Both the position numbers and the translations under genes were made by a program. A stretch of 64,000 nt of DNA from Chara braunii (Eukaryota; Plantae; Charophyceae): contig BFEA01000002.1 of assembly GCA_003427395.1 (NCBI GenBank), positions 564,310 to 628,309 on the forward strand. The letters are read 5' to 3'. Shown piece by piece: positions 13,931 through 27,312 of this stretch. A model generated the notes under the pieces. The model was not told the DNA's origin. It was given only the letters and a program-made list of their open reading frames with translations, and ran no database searches. Within the stretch, counting starts at the first letter, position 1; every line of letters begins with the position of its first letter.

Positions 13931-14135
13931 ACCACCAGTACCTCTGAGGCGATTCAGGGCTGAAAACGGCCACGGGCCTCCTTTTGGCTGGTCCACCAAC
14001 CATTCTGCTCCAGAGGCCGAGCCCCGAAAGTTGCAGCTGCATGCAAGCCCCCTGTTTTACTCTTTGGCTGGGAAACCCCAGCCATTTTTCTCCGACACGC
14101 ACACAGGCTGTTTCCAGGATCGTCAAGGGGGTGGT
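13931..14135. mobile_element. TTAA-bounded non-autonomous element (ACCRCCAGTAC family)
   Basis: TTAA|ACCACCAGTAC ... GGGGTGGT|TTAA; the interior resembles 31325-31492. Confidence 0.8.
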
Positions 14136-14251
14136 TTAAGGTGCTCTTCATTTTACTTTGCTCTTCAGCTCCGCGTCTTGATCAAGGACATAACAGAGTA
14201 CATTTCCTAGTGCCTATGCACAATACTTACCGAACAGTCAGCCATACCTCC

Positions 14252-14324
14252 CGTGAAAAAATGAGGATTGAACCCGCGACTTCTAACGTGACAGACCAGC
14301 ACTAACCAACTAACCTATTTTCCC
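14252..14324 (-). pseudogene. trnD: Degenerate organellar (mitochondrial-type) tRNA-Asp(GUC), probable NUMT
   Basis: Minus strand GGGAAAATAGGTTAGTTGGTTAGTGCTGGTCTGTCACGTTAGAAGTCGCGGGTTCAATCCTCATTTTTTCACG, with anticodon loop CTGTCAC. It resembles plant mitochondrial trnD-GUC as recalled; D, T and acceptor stems carry mismatches. Confidence 0.75.
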
Positions 14325-14579
14325 ATCTGGTAATAACGGACTTGATGGCTGGAAGTTCCTTGAAGGTATGAAAAGCCGGAAGACTTTGTAGCATCTGCTC
14401 AAGTGTAGATGGATTTGGCTCAACTGCACAAGGCGCTTGCAGAGAGCGCACTTCACTGGTTAAAGAGAGATGAAGCAACACCTGTGCCACGCAGTGTCTG
14501 CAGTGCAGTGGCGCAGAAAAGTGGTGGATCGGACCAAAGAGACAAAATTTGAAATTGAAAGCTAAAGATCAGGTCTTAT

Positions 14580-14900
14580 GTTTATAAATTCAACCAATAC
14601 GAGGTGAGGGCACAGTCCCACGCAAATGTTGAGATAAGGTTCAAACCAGCACCACGCCCAAGCCTCTATTTCTCGTGGCGGATTTCTCCTGCACTCCAAC
14701 TCGAAAAAGAGCTGGCATGGTACTCTTCATTTTCCTTTTTCAGCCAAAAAGATCTGTGAAGCCAAGCGAGGCTAAGAATGTGGTTGTGCTTGCAGAGGAC
14801 GACCTCCACGAGTCCATAGAATATATTTCTCCACATGCTTTGACTTTTCCTTGACAGTGGGACTCTTTTGGTAGTTGGAAAATGACTCCGCCTTCTGGCC
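14580..14900 (-). mobile_element. Possible highly decayed non-LTR retrotransposon RT fragment
   Basis: Frameshifted LR(Q)G-CALTSYWLNL resembles RQGCPLSPYLFNL, preceded by FLASLGFTDLF. Motif-level similarity only. Confidence 0.3.
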
Positions 14901-15770
14901 AGAAAGACAAGGCAAGGCACTCGGAAATCAGGTCTGGCACCGAAAGTATAAGAAGACGAAGGCCCCTCAATCGGACTGGCTTCACATATCAAGTCCCTTA
15001 TCCTAACCTTACCTTCTGCTTTGTTTAAGCCGTTCGTCAGGCTTTCGCATGCTGATTTCAGGCATCACCTATCACTAGGCATACCACGCACGTGTAGCTC
15101 CCGCCCTTGGCCTGGGCCGACTTGAGATCATGTGCCAGAGTTGGAGAGAGCCATGGTGGCATTCTTTGCCCCCACAGTGGCCCGTCAGGCATTCTTTTTT
15201 GGGTCTGCTTGTTTGCAGAGCGTTGGTTTGCCTCTTCTTACTTCAGACCAGTTGTCTGAGTCCAGATGTGTCGTTTGGACCGGTTCTGGTGCAGGCCGAT
15301 TTCTGTAGGTCCAGCAGCCGCACTTACGCCTTCAGCTTGCAGCACTGGGGAAGCTGCGTTTTTCAGGACCAGTGGCTGGAACAGTTTCCCAGCTTGCATC
15401 CAGCACTGTCGATCATTCGTTAGACGGGCAGCCCTGGATCCAGGCCGCCTCTAGGACTGGTAGACCCCACACTATTTATAGCTCGGTCCAGCATCAGTTA
15501 GGCATGCAGCGTTTAGACCTCGGCACAGCACTATGCTGCCTGAGCAGCGAGCAGAGCATTCGAGGAGATTTGCATTGGGTTCGGACTGCAGTTAGGAGAT
15601 AGCGGAGCAGGGACAGGGAATGCCGGGAGATGGACGACTCACCTGCCGTGCCATCGCCTGGTCACCATCACTGGCCGAAAGACCGCCTGCAGTATCAGCC
15701 AGCTCGAGATGATACCTTTCACCAGTCCGTGCTATCTCCCGCTGAGAGAGAGTTCGAAGAGAGAGGTCCA

Positions 15771-15904
15771 CCTTCTTCTTCTTCTTCTTCTTCTTCTTCT
15801 TCTTCTTCTTCTTCTTCTTCTTCCCTTCTTTTGCTCTACCCTCCCACATCTGACTTCTACTTCTCCAAGAGATGTGTGTGTGTGTGTGTGTGTGCGCGCG
15901 CTCG

Positions 15905-15936
<32 letters not shown>
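15771..15936. repeat. Microsatellite cluster: (TTC)n, then (GT)n(GC)n(GA)n
   Basis: Read directly. Confidence 0.95.
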
Positions 15937-15937
<1 letters not shown>

Positions 15938-16637
15938 CTTGGGTGACTATTGTTGTGGGTGGTGCCCAGACTTGGACATGACAGGTGGACCGAGACTTCC
16001 GGGGAAACTATTTCTGTTGCCGACTATTTTGAGTTCTTCCTCGCCCCTTCATCTCATCCCCCTATTCCCTTCGTCAGTGTGATGATCTTGCCACAGGTGT
16101 GAGGTCGGGCAGCATTCTCGCCATGGATGTGAGGTCAGGCGGCATCCTCTATCCCCTTCGACAGCATGCTGCTGAGCTTGGGTAATGTCCAGTCTGATTG
16201 AGTCAGATCTGTGCACTTTCCGTCTTCTGCTGCATAATCGGGACTCCTTGGTCCTGCGCCATACCTACCTGAGATGGATAAGTATGCGACAGCCGGCCTG
16301 CAATCGAGATCTGCGACCTGGGTGCACTCCATAATTCCTTGCATCATAGGAGTGGCTCCATCGATCCCGTCTGAGCCTATCTCACACTGTCCTGCACTTC
16401 TATAAGGCCAAACAATGTAACTAAAGGAGGCCAATCAATGTAACTAAAGGAATTTTCCACATAGTACGAGCCACCAGAGTTCCAAATGTAGTGACAAGGG
16501 AGGGCAATGACAAATCGGCAAATCAAATCAACCTAGCCGAAGTTTTCAGAGGTATAGAGTGAGAACTACCAACTTACATTTGATCTATGAGCACTTACAT
16601 AAAAATAGAATTCCTCTCAAGCAATTACTGGCATTCA

Positions 16638-16779
16638 ACCACCAGTGCTTCCAAAAGGTGTGCCCATACATGTGCCGGCCTGGTGAGGATGTACAGGCTA
16701 CCATAGCCTGCATCCGGTTAAATTCAGAGGCGGGCAGAGGCCCATAGAAGGTGGAGAAAGGATCCCAAGTATTGGTGGT
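16638..16779. mobile_element. TTAA-bounded non-autonomous element (ACCRCCAGTAC family)
   Basis: TTCA|ACCACCAGTGC ... GTATTGGTGGT|TTAA. Confidence 0.7.
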
Positions 16780-16792
16780 TTAACTGCAAGAC

Positions 16793-16852
16793 TTTGAAAT
16801 TCATTTTGTAGGGTCACTCTATGGGTCTCAAAGAGCATCCGCTGAGCACTGT

Positions 16853-16945
<93 letters not shown>

Positions 16946-17081
16946 CTCTCTTTTTCTGTCTCCCTCCGCGGAGAGAGAGAAAGGGTATACCTTCCAGCAA
17001 CCGGTATTTCCTCCCTTCACGAATTTGAAATTCACTTTGTAGGGCCATTCTACGGGTCTCAAACAGCATCCGCTGAACACT

Positions 17082-17167
<86 letters not shown>

Positions 17168-17384
17168 NCTATCGATCTCGGTCTTCATCTGCGTGTGTTT
17201 GTGTGTGTGAGTGTGTGTGCGTGTAAAGGCGAAAGATTACACCTCGACGTTCTTCACTCACGTGCTACCATCGACAAGTGTGCATGTATGCGAATATCCA
17301 TCTCAACGCTGTTCGTCCTCGAGTTATCGCCAACCTGCGGCGATTCAAGGTCACCTTCCTCCGACGAACCGTCTGCCCCGATCG

Positions 17385-17469
<85 letters not shown>

Positions 17470-17600
17470 CGCTCTGTGTGTGTGTGTGTGTGCATCTCTT
17501 TCACTATCTTTCTCTACGCCTCTCTCTTTTCCTCTGTCTCCCTCCGCAGAGAGAGAAAAAGGGTACAATTTCGAGCAGCCGGTATTTTCCTCTCCTTAAA
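16793..17600. repeat. Composite tandem duplication containing (CT)n/(GT)n microsatellites
   Basis: TTTGAAATTCA..TTGTAGGG...CATCCGCTGA.CACTG occurs twice; CTGTCTCCCTCCGC.GAGAGAGA.AAAGGGTA occurs twice. Confidence 0.8.
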
Positions 17601-18524
17601 AATGGCCGGGGTGGGGGGGAGGAGGAAATTGATTTCTGAGGGAAGAGGGGGAAAAAAAAAACATCTCGAATTTAGTGAAATGGCGATAGATGTTGTAGGT
17701 GTAGGTATGGGGTTGGGTAGTGTGAGGAATATTTTAAGAAGAATAGTGTAGTTTTTTTCACGAAATTAAAAAAAAAATGGCGCGTAGGAGTGACAACACC
17801 CCAAAATGCACGGAAGTGGTCTTTCCCCCAGTCTGAAACTGTGAGTATGGACCGCCACACAGGATTCACCTATGAACTTGCCGGGATGGTAATGTTTTGT
17901 GGCCAACCCGATGAAACTCAGTGTTCGATAAAGCTTGTCCAGTCTTCCTCGCGTAGCAAATCCTCCAGAGACTCACAGGGTCTGGCCCTAAGGGAAAAAA
18001 AAACGTCAGAATGCAGACGAGATTCCACTCTTGTCGACTACAACTGTAAGCTGGTGCATCAACCAGTACTTCAAAATGAATCAACCTTCCAAACCGAAAA
18101 CGTGCTGAATATGTGCAACTACATCCTTTTCGTCCTCATATAAAACAAAAAAGGGCTCTCCTCTCAGAACTGGCCACTTGCCAGTCCTGAGAAGAGAGCC
18201 CTTCGAGTGTGAGGAAAACCTTCCCCAAGATAGTATCCACACAAGCTACCCACACAAGGACATGTTGTTTACCATGAAAGCCACTAGACAGGCACATGCA
18301 TGGCGCAGATATTCCATCCAACCGCCACTGCAGACACAGCGGCACGACACTCCAGCCAAGCCACTGCCTTATATCTCCAATGTTCTGCAAGTGGCTAGCA
18401 CCTGCCCATGACCATAACAGTTCTCACGATATCCGAAGGACAATGGCAGCAGCCTCCCCCGCTGCCAAGTTGGCATAAGAACTAAAACAGACACAATCAA
18501 TGACCAGACGGCTTTATTGCGGCC

Positions 18525-18617
18525 TACTTCCCCCGAATAGAACGTACGGTCATTTTCGCCGCATCTGGACTCAAAGGGGAACCTATAATGACCGTATGTT
18601 CTATTCGGGAAAGATGG
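18525..18617. mobile_element. Tc2/pogo-like hairpin MITE copy
   Basis: CTTCCCCCGAATAGAAC ... GTTCTATTCGGGAAAGATGG. Confidence 0.75.
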
Positions 18618-20061
18618 TCGCTGAATGCTACACACTAATGGCTGCTGCTGACTATGGTGGGCGAGTCTCATCGGATACGATGCTCAAGTCACAGGTTGTT
18701 AGCCGCCACCCAAAAGGAAGAGAAAGAAGTCAGTTCCGTCAACACTACAGAATCTTCGCTTGGCTTTATTGCCTAAAAACCTGTTCAAAGTGCTTGTGCA
18801 TTAACGAGTCAAGATATGATGAAGCTGGCACGTGCAAGGTGAGCGAACAGGCTTCACAGGAGAGTGGCAGAAGAGAGCTCCAGGGGATCACGAGGTTGTT
18901 GGTCGTTACCCAAAAGGAAAGGAAAAGCCACTTCTGTGAAGCCAACATGGTCTTCAATCGGCTCTATGGCTTAAACCTGTTCACAGTGCTCATGCATCAA
19001 CAAGCCCTGAACACAGTACACACTATGCGCGTATGTTTGACAGAGGAGGTCTGAAAAGAAGTGTGCACCCTTTCCTCTCTAAAACGTTCGAGGTGGATTT
19101 CCAACGCTTTTCCGTGATACATTTGATGACTGGTGATCGCAAATTCGATCCTTGGCCTACCTATTTTTAGATCAAACGAGGGCCACAGTATCCAAAGGGT
19201 TCACAACGTCAAAATCTAGCTAACCAAGTTGAACCAGCGCCACTTAGAACCAAAAGGTAATCAAGGCAGTTCTGTATCAAAAATCAGGACTCGATATCAT
19301 GATTTGTTTATCAACAGTCACATGTACCTCTCACCCACCAGCCAGACAACGGGGCAGACTTTCCTGATCTAACAAGGAACCCTGGCTTTCTTATCGCACA
19401 TCCATTGTACGTTTTTGAATTGAAGTTGCCCATGGTTGCAGTCCGGTATGTTTCAAGAGAGTGCTATTGTGGGCACAAGATTAGAGGGAAAAGATACAGA
19501 GCAGAGTGGTGGCACGCTTTACCAGGCTATGCTACACCTGTGCTGAACAATGGGTGCAGACTTGGAGAAGCAGTCATCGACGGAAGACAGCCGTAAGAAA
19601 TTTGGAGCTCACACCCCCGATGAGAGACACACGACTTCAGAAGAATGAAGCTAGAGGTACTTTGTAAGACAGACGAACAGAAGAAGTTCTGCAGAGTGGA
19701 GCCGAAGGACCAGAAGAGAGAGAAACTATGAGTTCCCTTAAGCCAACTTCATCATCACAAGGAACCATTGAGTCTGGCAATGTGAGTAGGCTGTGACTCT
19801 ACCGAGAACAAACATACCACAGACATCTCTTTGCTAACACCAATGGAGAATGCCAGACGGAAAGCATGTGGCACACTCACTGCAGCTTTCAAACCAGGCT
19901 GCCTGTTTCAAACCAGCCCGCCTGCTGGTTAATGACACAGGTACCATCGAGGAATTGTGCCCTCGTCAAGACTAAAGACTGCTTGCGGGTCGACAAAAAA
20001 AGAGGGAAAAAAAAACGATTTTGCTTGCAAAGTCTCGTACATGAGTCTTCTTTTTTTGTTT

Positions 20062-20310
20062 CCTGCCCCAGAATACCCCGCTATTCACATTCAGGACAGC
20101 AAGCATCTACCTCCTGCCTCTGAATGTTGACAGCTTAGTCTCCTGCTTCAGGTCAGGTGCAGTCCAGGGAATAAGATGAAAGAAAGAAAAAGAAAATCCT
20201 GCCCAATAATACCCCGCTTTTCACATTCAGGACCAGCAAGCATCTATCTCCTGGAGCATATGAACGTTGAAGATTCAGTCTCGTGCTTCAGTTAGGTGCA
20301 GTGCAGGGAA
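20062..20310. repeat. Tandem duplication, 2 x ~135 bp
   Basis: AATACCCCGCT.TTCACATTCAGGAC..GCAAGCATCTA...GGTGCAGT.CAGGGAA occurs twice. Confidence 0.8.
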
Positions 20311-20481
20311 CAAATGAACGTTGAAGATAATTGTGACTTACCTGAGAGCGCTCAGTTCAATTACTATATCACGGGTGTTGCGCTCCGAAATTGAAAGTCA
20401 AATTTTTTACTTGTTTGGTTTTAGCCACCATCGCCCTTGAAAGAGAAAAAGAGAAATATAAGGATCCTCGGAAAGTCGTTC

Positions 20482-20517
20482 ATCGCGGATCAGCATGCCG
20501 CGGTGAATATGCACTCA

Positions 20518-20550
<33 letters not shown>

Positions 20551-20595
20551 ATTTCTTTTGCCCGAAATCGTCTCTATGATAAACCAACGACTTTT
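20482..20595 (+). pseudogene. rrn18: 3' fragment of a bacterial/organelle-type SSU rRNA gene, probably mitochondrial rrn18 (NUMT)
   Basis: ATCGCGGATCAGCATGCCGCGGTGAATATG...GGCCTTGTACACACCGCCCGTCACACCATGGGA contains the universal SSU 1390-1407 motif. GTGAATATG and GCCCGAA...ATGAT favour the plant mitochondrial type. Confidence 0.85.
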
Positions 20596-21002
20596 TCAAA
20601 ACTTAAAAGAATGTAGATGTGGTGGGAAAGCGAGATAGAGCGAAGGTAGAGCCCAGGTAATTAGGGTGGATACGAGTTGAGCAAGTAACATGCGGCCAGA
20701 GGGCCTGGCTGGGCACTCCTCCCCCCTGTGCCTTGACCCCCTGGACCTTATCCTGCAGTGTGACTGGGTGCTTCTAGTAAGCTTCCCGACTTGCAGGACA
20801 ATCCCCAAGGAAAGGCCAAATGGCAGGAGGGGTTGGCACTGTGGCAACCCCACCTTGAATAGGCGGCTCGAGCCACAAGGGCAGGCTGTCTCTCTTCTCT
20901 GTCTGATCTCCCCCCTTGCTTGTTTCGAATTGTATCAAAAACGGTGCTTGCCAGTGATAAGCAACCAGACTGATGCCCCCCAGAATAGAAGGGGCTGGTG
21001 TT

Positions 21003-21005
<3 letters not shown>

Positions 21006-21063
<58 letters not shown>
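21006..21063. repeat. Poly-G homopolymer (58 nt)
   Basis: Read directly. Confidence 0.9.
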
Positions 21064-21064
<1 letters not shown>

Positions 21065-21488
21065 GAGAAAAAAAAGGAAGCTGTTCAAAACCTAGGTGCA
21101 CCGCAAGGTTCCTGGAAAATCCAAGAAGGGCGGGGATGGTTGATCCAAGAAGGGCGCTTCAGCAAGAGGTGCACGGCTGAAAAAGCTGCCACATAACAAG
21201 GGCCTCAGGGAAAAGAGAACTTATACGAGACCGTAAAGGTTGATAAAACAGAGAAAAGAAGCAAGCATAGCGAGGAACCTATTCATGCTAACGGTCATAC
21301 TATCTCGCTGGCAAATGCAATGCAGCCGAAAGGGAGAGCAGCTCATGAGGAATGGAGCCCTATCGTAGTGCTATCAGCACTGTGACAGTTATAGCCCGAG
21401 CTGTGCCAACGTAACTCTTGCAATCAGATAGCATCTGTCGCAAGCAGGGACATCAGACAAATGTATCTCGAGCACAGATGAGCAACTG

Positions 21489-21596
21489 CCATCTTTACCC
21501 GCCGAATAGAACGCCTGCTCATTATAGCTGTATTTGGTGGAACTTTCAGTCTAGCTGCAGTGATCATGACTTGGATTTCTATTCGGGTGAAGACGG
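21489..21596. mobile_element. Tc2/pogo-like hairpin MITE copy
   Basis: CCATCTTTACCCGCCGAATAGAACG ... TTCTATTCGGGTGAAGACGG. Confidence 0.8.
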
Positions 21597-22659
21597 GTCT
21601 AAAATGTATTGCCAATGCCAACATTGACCTCGACGCTCAAGGAGATCTCTATGATTGAGTGTATAAATGTGTGTGGCTTTAGCACAAGCGCAACATCAGT
21701 ATCTAAGTACACAAGCTAGGTTGCAACCCTTGCAAAAGCAGATTTCTTGGGCTGGCTTTGAACAGTTCTATGTTTTCCTCTAATACCACTAAAGTTCACC
21801 TATTGACCGAAAAGCCACAAGTCACACTACACAACCAGATACAGGCCACGCAGCTGCCCATCTGGATGGCCAAGGTAATTTCAACTGAGGCAATGGCAGA
21901 AAGAAAAGCCGACGCACCAAAACACCATCAGAGATAACGCGGCAACTCACACTTTGAGGGGGCCCAAAAAGACATAGGAAGAAATAACGACTGGACACAC
22001 TGCCACGTTACATGAGATCTGAAGAAGACAGTAAGAGAGTATAAAGGGCAAGCCAATCCACTCCGTCCACGTTACCTGTGTCAGTACTGCACAGCTGACC
22101 AAGAGCTAGACGTGTCTGCCACAACAGCTACTTGAGAGGGGAAACGTGAAACTTTTAAGGCACAAAACAGGTATCAGGTACTGCTTTAGCAGATTTCTGC
22201 TACGAACACGAAAGAGGCCCTGCTATCCGGGCCATTGCTCGGATATGCAATAAAAAATGTTCACAGAAGAATATTACAGACAGACAGACCGACAAATACA
22301 CAGAGATGTGAAATACTTATGTGCTGCAGGCTCCTGCCATAAATTAACTTGAGAGTCAATCACTTATCACGAATCAGGAAATGCCCAGCACATCCATCCT
22401 TCGACAACACGCTTGCATCCTCCCCAACAAACATCATCACAATACCTAAAACGTGGTCGAAAAAACCGTGAGCTCACATCGAGCACACAGACAGATTTCA
22501 AGAGTACTCCCCATCGTTCACAGAACGACCATCACTTTTCGAGACCAGGCCTGAAGTCCGGACGGACAGGAGCTTTGCGCTTTCCTCACAGGTTGTCTAC
22601 CTGTTCCCGACCAGCTATTACAAGCCTGCAGCTCATAAGTGATGTGTGTCAAAGACAAA

Positions 22660-23138
22660 ATCCAGGCTCTTGACTTTTGCTAGGACTCCCGAGACTTCGC
22701 ATATTGAGAGTGAGGCAAGGCCCTTTAGCTCAGGTTACGCACTGAAAAGCAACTCTCCCAAACAAATACACCGAGACGGTAATATGTAATGCTGCACTAA
22801 CTCCTAACGAGGGAATGCAGAGTACCAAGTTATATTATAGCCTCGGCTCATAATGTAACACCATCGTTTATTTCCCCGGTCTTTTCTACGAATCTCACCG
22901 CTGTCCATCTTGCCATTGAAGTCGTTGCGAGGAAAATGAAACAAACAGAGTAAGCACGAACGAACACCGCCACGAGATCCAGGCTCTTGACTTTCGTTAG
23001 GAGTCTGGAGAGTCATTGGAGAGTTTGCATTTTTTAGAGTGGTGTGGCGAGGCCCTTTCACTTAGGTTGTGCACTGAAGAGCTACTCTCCCAAACAAAGA
23101 CACCACAACCGTAATATGTAATGCCACAACAGCTCCTA
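22660..23138. repeat. Diverged ~150-bp direct repeat (22660-22806 and 22977-23138)
   Basis: ATCCAGGCTCTTGACTTT...CTCTCCCAAACAAA.ACACC...GTAATATGTAATGC...CTCCTAA occurs twice. Confidence 0.8.
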
Positions 23139-23605
23139 AGTTCCTAACAACACAATGAAAAGAGTAACAGCAACGTCTCCCTTCCCTGGCCTTCTTTTAT
23201 CTCCACTGTCTCCCTTCCCTGGCCTTCTTTTATCTTCACCATTTTCCCTCTTCGCATTGAACCCCTCATGAGGAAAAGGAGACAACAGAGTGAAAAAGAC
23301 TTGACAAGCTCCTACATCACCCTGTAATGAAAGCACAACTGAACTCTGTCAACCCTCAAGCGAACAATCCTTACCGCCGTCCCTTCAAATGACCCACAGA
23401 AGAGTGCATCCCTCAGCTTTGACTGAACTCTCTTCTGTGCACTTAGCAAACTGCTGCCTACACACAACTACACATGCCACAAATCACTGGATTTCATGCC
23501 AGCTACTTTCTTTTATCAACCCTCTACAACCCTTGGCAGTTCCTTGTACTTCATCACGAGCCTCCATTTTCCACCTTTCTGCTACCACCCCTCTTCATTT
23601 TCATT

Positions 23606-23785
23606 CTTACTTGCGGCGCACCGGCACTGTGCGCTGTGCGCGGACCCAGGGTGCGCGCGGACCAGCGCGCGCCGTGCATCTGGGTGCGCAGTGCGCACTG
23701 CGCGCTGCGCTGCGCACGTCTGGTGTGCTGCGCACATGTGCGCAATGTATATTTCGATGTTCTGGCAGTAGATTCATTTGATTTT

Positions 23786-23850
<65 letters not shown>

Positions 23851-23958
23851 NNNNNNNNNNNNNNNNNNNNNNNNNNNNNNNNNNNNNNNNNNNNNNNNNN
23901 NNNNNNNNNNNNNNNNNNNNNNNNNNNNNNNNNNNNNNNNNNNNNNNNNNTCCCGCCA

Positions 23959-24045
<87 letters not shown>

Positions 24046-24284
24046 CAAAAAAATGAACTTCCCCCCCTTTTTTTTTCGGAGGACCCGCGCGGCCTCAAAT
24101 TTTTGTTAATATTTTTTTGTGGTTTATGACGCGACATCCCACTCGAGTCTAAAACACCCCTCCCGAACTTTTTTTTTTTTCTCGACCCCTTATTTTTGGG
24201 GTGCGCCGCACCCCGTGCGGCGTGCGCTGTGCGCAGTGCGGCGCGTGTGCGCGGTGCAGCGCACGTCGATGCGCTGCAAGTATG
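23606..24284. mobile_element. Non-autonomous hAT element with GTGCGC-rich subterminal repeats (contains an assembly gap)
   Basis: TIR CTTACTTGCGGCGCA / TGCGCTGCAAGTATG; perfect 8-bp TSD TTTTCATT at 23598-23605 and 24285-24292. Confidence 0.88.
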
Positions 24285-25982
24285 TTTTCATTCCTTTCTT
24301 TTCCATACTTCTGTTTCCTGGCACTTTCAGTATTCCACGGCTCGGAAAAGGCTTGTATATCAAGCACTTAGCAACTCCCGTTTACTTNCCTTTCTTTTCC
24401 ATACTTCTGTTTCCTGGCACTTTCAGTATTCCACGGCTCGGAAAAGGCTTGTATATCAAGCACTTAGCAACTCCCGTTTACTTCCCTCGTCAACCAGCTC
24501 AACAGTCTAAGCCCTCGCTTCTGACAGGTCTCTTCAACACCTAGACGGCACGCAGTGTGACACAGGGACCCTGAAGCATCAAGCCATGCCAGGATGGGCA
24601 TTCAACACCGACAGGGATAGCATCCGGCAACACATGTCACAAATCTATCAGCAAATGTGAAACAAATTGAAAACGAAGCAAACAGGCAGGGAGGGAAGGG
24701 GTGTTATGAGGCACACTGAAAATGTTATTTTTGCCCTTTTCTGTTCTGTTTTGCCTTCTTTCTTCAGACCTTTTCACAACCACTCTTTTCTCTCTTCGTT
24801 CACCTTGCCCTTTTTACTGGGTCTTTCAGATACAAGGTTCCCGACGTTCAAGTGGTTGAAGGGGTATGCCGAAAAAGGACAAGAGCATGCCAGAAAAGGA
24901 CAAGTGAGGAGTGCCTTCCATCTGGAGGGAGGGAAAAGCAGTGCCAAGCTGAAGGACAATTGAAAAAGAGTCCTACAACACAAAGGGGACGGCACTTGGC
25001 ATGCATATAGGCATTTGTGGCAGCCAGACTGCAATGTCCTCGACAAAACACAGAGGTGGCGGGACAGTGGTGATGTCTCTCACTGCCACAGGCAAGCTCG
25101 ACTGCAATAAACGGCCAGTCAATTTGCAAATCGGCCAAGTGATGTTCCGACATCGCAGAGCCCGGGGCTGCATCACAGAGACTTGCAGGTCAACCATGTG
25201 ATGCTCCAAGCATCTAGTGACCGAGGCTGTAATCAGCACAGTGATTTGCAAGTCGTCAAGGCGATGTCCCAATCCCATCCTGTCTGCGGCTGTATCTTCT
25301 ATACGACACGAATCATGAACATTCTGATTACATCCTGTCTGCGGCTGTATCTTCTATACGACACGAATCATGAACATTCTGATTATGCAGAGGATGGACC
25401 ATGGACTCCTTACTGAGCACTGGGGGATGGACTCGCTGCAAGCAATGTCGAAGGGGAACAGAGAACTGGAGCTGATACAGGCTATGAATCCCACAGATAA
25501 GTAATGATGCAGTACACGCTGGCGACAATACACAAGACGGGCGGTCTGTTGGCCGGCATGACAAACTAAAGATGACCACAACTGCGCTGACGGCCATAGG
25601 GCAGCATGAATTGAAGAACGGGTTGTACTGAAACGAGACCGCAGAGGCCATGGGAGAGGGGAGGAGGAATGCAATCAACTGCGTCTAAGCAGAGAACGAG
25701 AGAAAGGGGGCAAGGTTGAGCAGGCGTTCGACATCAGCGAAGCATGCACTGCATGGGCGGACACACAAAGAGCCGGGCGTAGACAATGGAGATTTTATCC
25801 TAGACACTGCAGATCTCTGCAGAGATAAAAGGGCGCAGAAGCCAGTGGTCAGTACAGGAACAAGAGGGTTGGACCACCAGTGGAAACTGCAGGAGTGCAT
25901 ATTTTGAAACTGCCGTGAGCCAAGAGCCCATGTGCAAGGATGACACGCATGAATCGAGAAATGGTCCGAATTCAAGAAAAAC

Positions 25983-26078
25983 AGGGGAAAAAAGGCATAC
26001 AGGCAGGGCTGCACCAGGGAAAAAAGGCATACAGGCAGGGCTGCACCAGGGAAAAAAGGCATACAGGCAGGGCTGCAC
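25983..26078. repeat. 3 x 32-bp tandem repeat spanning flank + TSD + left TIR of the adjacent hAT element
   Basis: (CAGGGAAAAAAGG CATACAGG CAGGGCTGCAC) x3. Confidence 0.92.
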
Positions 26079-26583
26079 CGGCCACCGGCCGGTTGGACCG
26101 GACCGGTCCCAGCCGGGCCGGTTGGTTGGACCGGCCCGGACCGGAATTCCGGTTGGGCCCAAAACCGGGTCGAATTTTTTTTTTTTTTTTTTTTTGATGG
26201 GGTTGGACTGTGCTTGTTGAGATCTCCCCGAATCCGCAGAGAAAGGATGAATGTGCGGATTTTTTTTCATGGGGTTGGGGGGGGGGGGGGGGGGTCTGGG
26301 TGTTCTGGGGGTGTTAGTGGGGTGGTTGCAGTGTACCTGTCAGGATGACGATGAAGAAGATTAAAAAAAAAAAAAACACGCTGTGGCTGTGTTAGTGGGG
26401 TGGTCGCAGCGTACCTGTCAGGATGACGATGAAGAAGATTAAAAAAAAAAAAAAACGCTGTGGCTATGGCTGACAACGAGGAGGGGAAAGGGGAAGATAT
26501 GGCCACCGATATGACTACCGAGTGTGCTCGCTGCCCTCCTCGCACGCCCACTACCCCCCACGAACCCACTGCCCTCCTCACGC

Positions 26584-26639
<56 letters not shown>

Positions 26640-27312
26640 TTCTATGCGCCCACTGGTTACCCCAGCGGGCACATTTTAATGGGAAACTTCGGCTCTGCCA
26701 CAAGAAGAAGAAGAAGAAGAAGAAGAAGAAGAAGAAGAAATGGAAGAAGGAGAAGAAGATAGTAAGAAGAAGAAGAAGAAGAAGAAAGTTTGGGTCACTT
26801 ACCTTCAACGGTGGACGACGGGGCAGGGCGATGGCGATCCGAGGCCGGGGCGGACGTGGGAGGGGTGCAACGCAGTCGCAACCTCGTTCACTTTCGACGA
26901 AGTGTCGAAGTGACGGGCTGGAGGCTGGAGGCTGGAGGCTGGAGACGGGGTGGCGGCGCCAATCACTGGCGTCAGTTCGGCAAGTCGAACTTCGGGCGGT
27001 TTCCCGCCCGAATGTTCAAAAACTGTGGGCCTATCCGGGCCGCAGATCTCACGGGATCAACGGCCCAGATAGGCCGCCAGTTTTTCAGCTTTCTGGCGGG
27101 CCTACCGGACCCGGTTTTAATTTTTGCGGGGCCGGGATGCCTCCACGACCCGCATGGAGGCCTCCAGGCCACAAAAAAAAAATTCAAACCCCCCCGTGAT
27201 CCACTTGCGCGAAATGCCACCGGGGGGGAACCGGCACGGTCCACCGGCCGGTACTACCGGACCAGTTCCGGTAGGGGAAGGGGGCCCCGGTGGGACCGGA
27301 AGTTCGGCCCTG
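26068..27312. mobile_element. Non-autonomous hAT element (1.25 kb) with ACCGG subterminal repeats
   Basis: TIR CAGGGCTGCAC / GTTCGGCCCTG; perfect 8-bp TSD CATACAGG at 26060-26067 and 27313-27320. No transposase ORF; internal (CT)n and (AAG)n. Confidence 0.92.

Noticed and set aside
21006-21063. Poly-Gly/poly-Pro ORFs over the G58 run
   Set aside because: Homopolymer only; length unreliable and no coding context.
24293-24485. Exact 96-bp tandem duplication
   Set aside because: The copies are separated by a single N, typical of an unmerged contig overlap; a similar case occurs at ~38384-38460.
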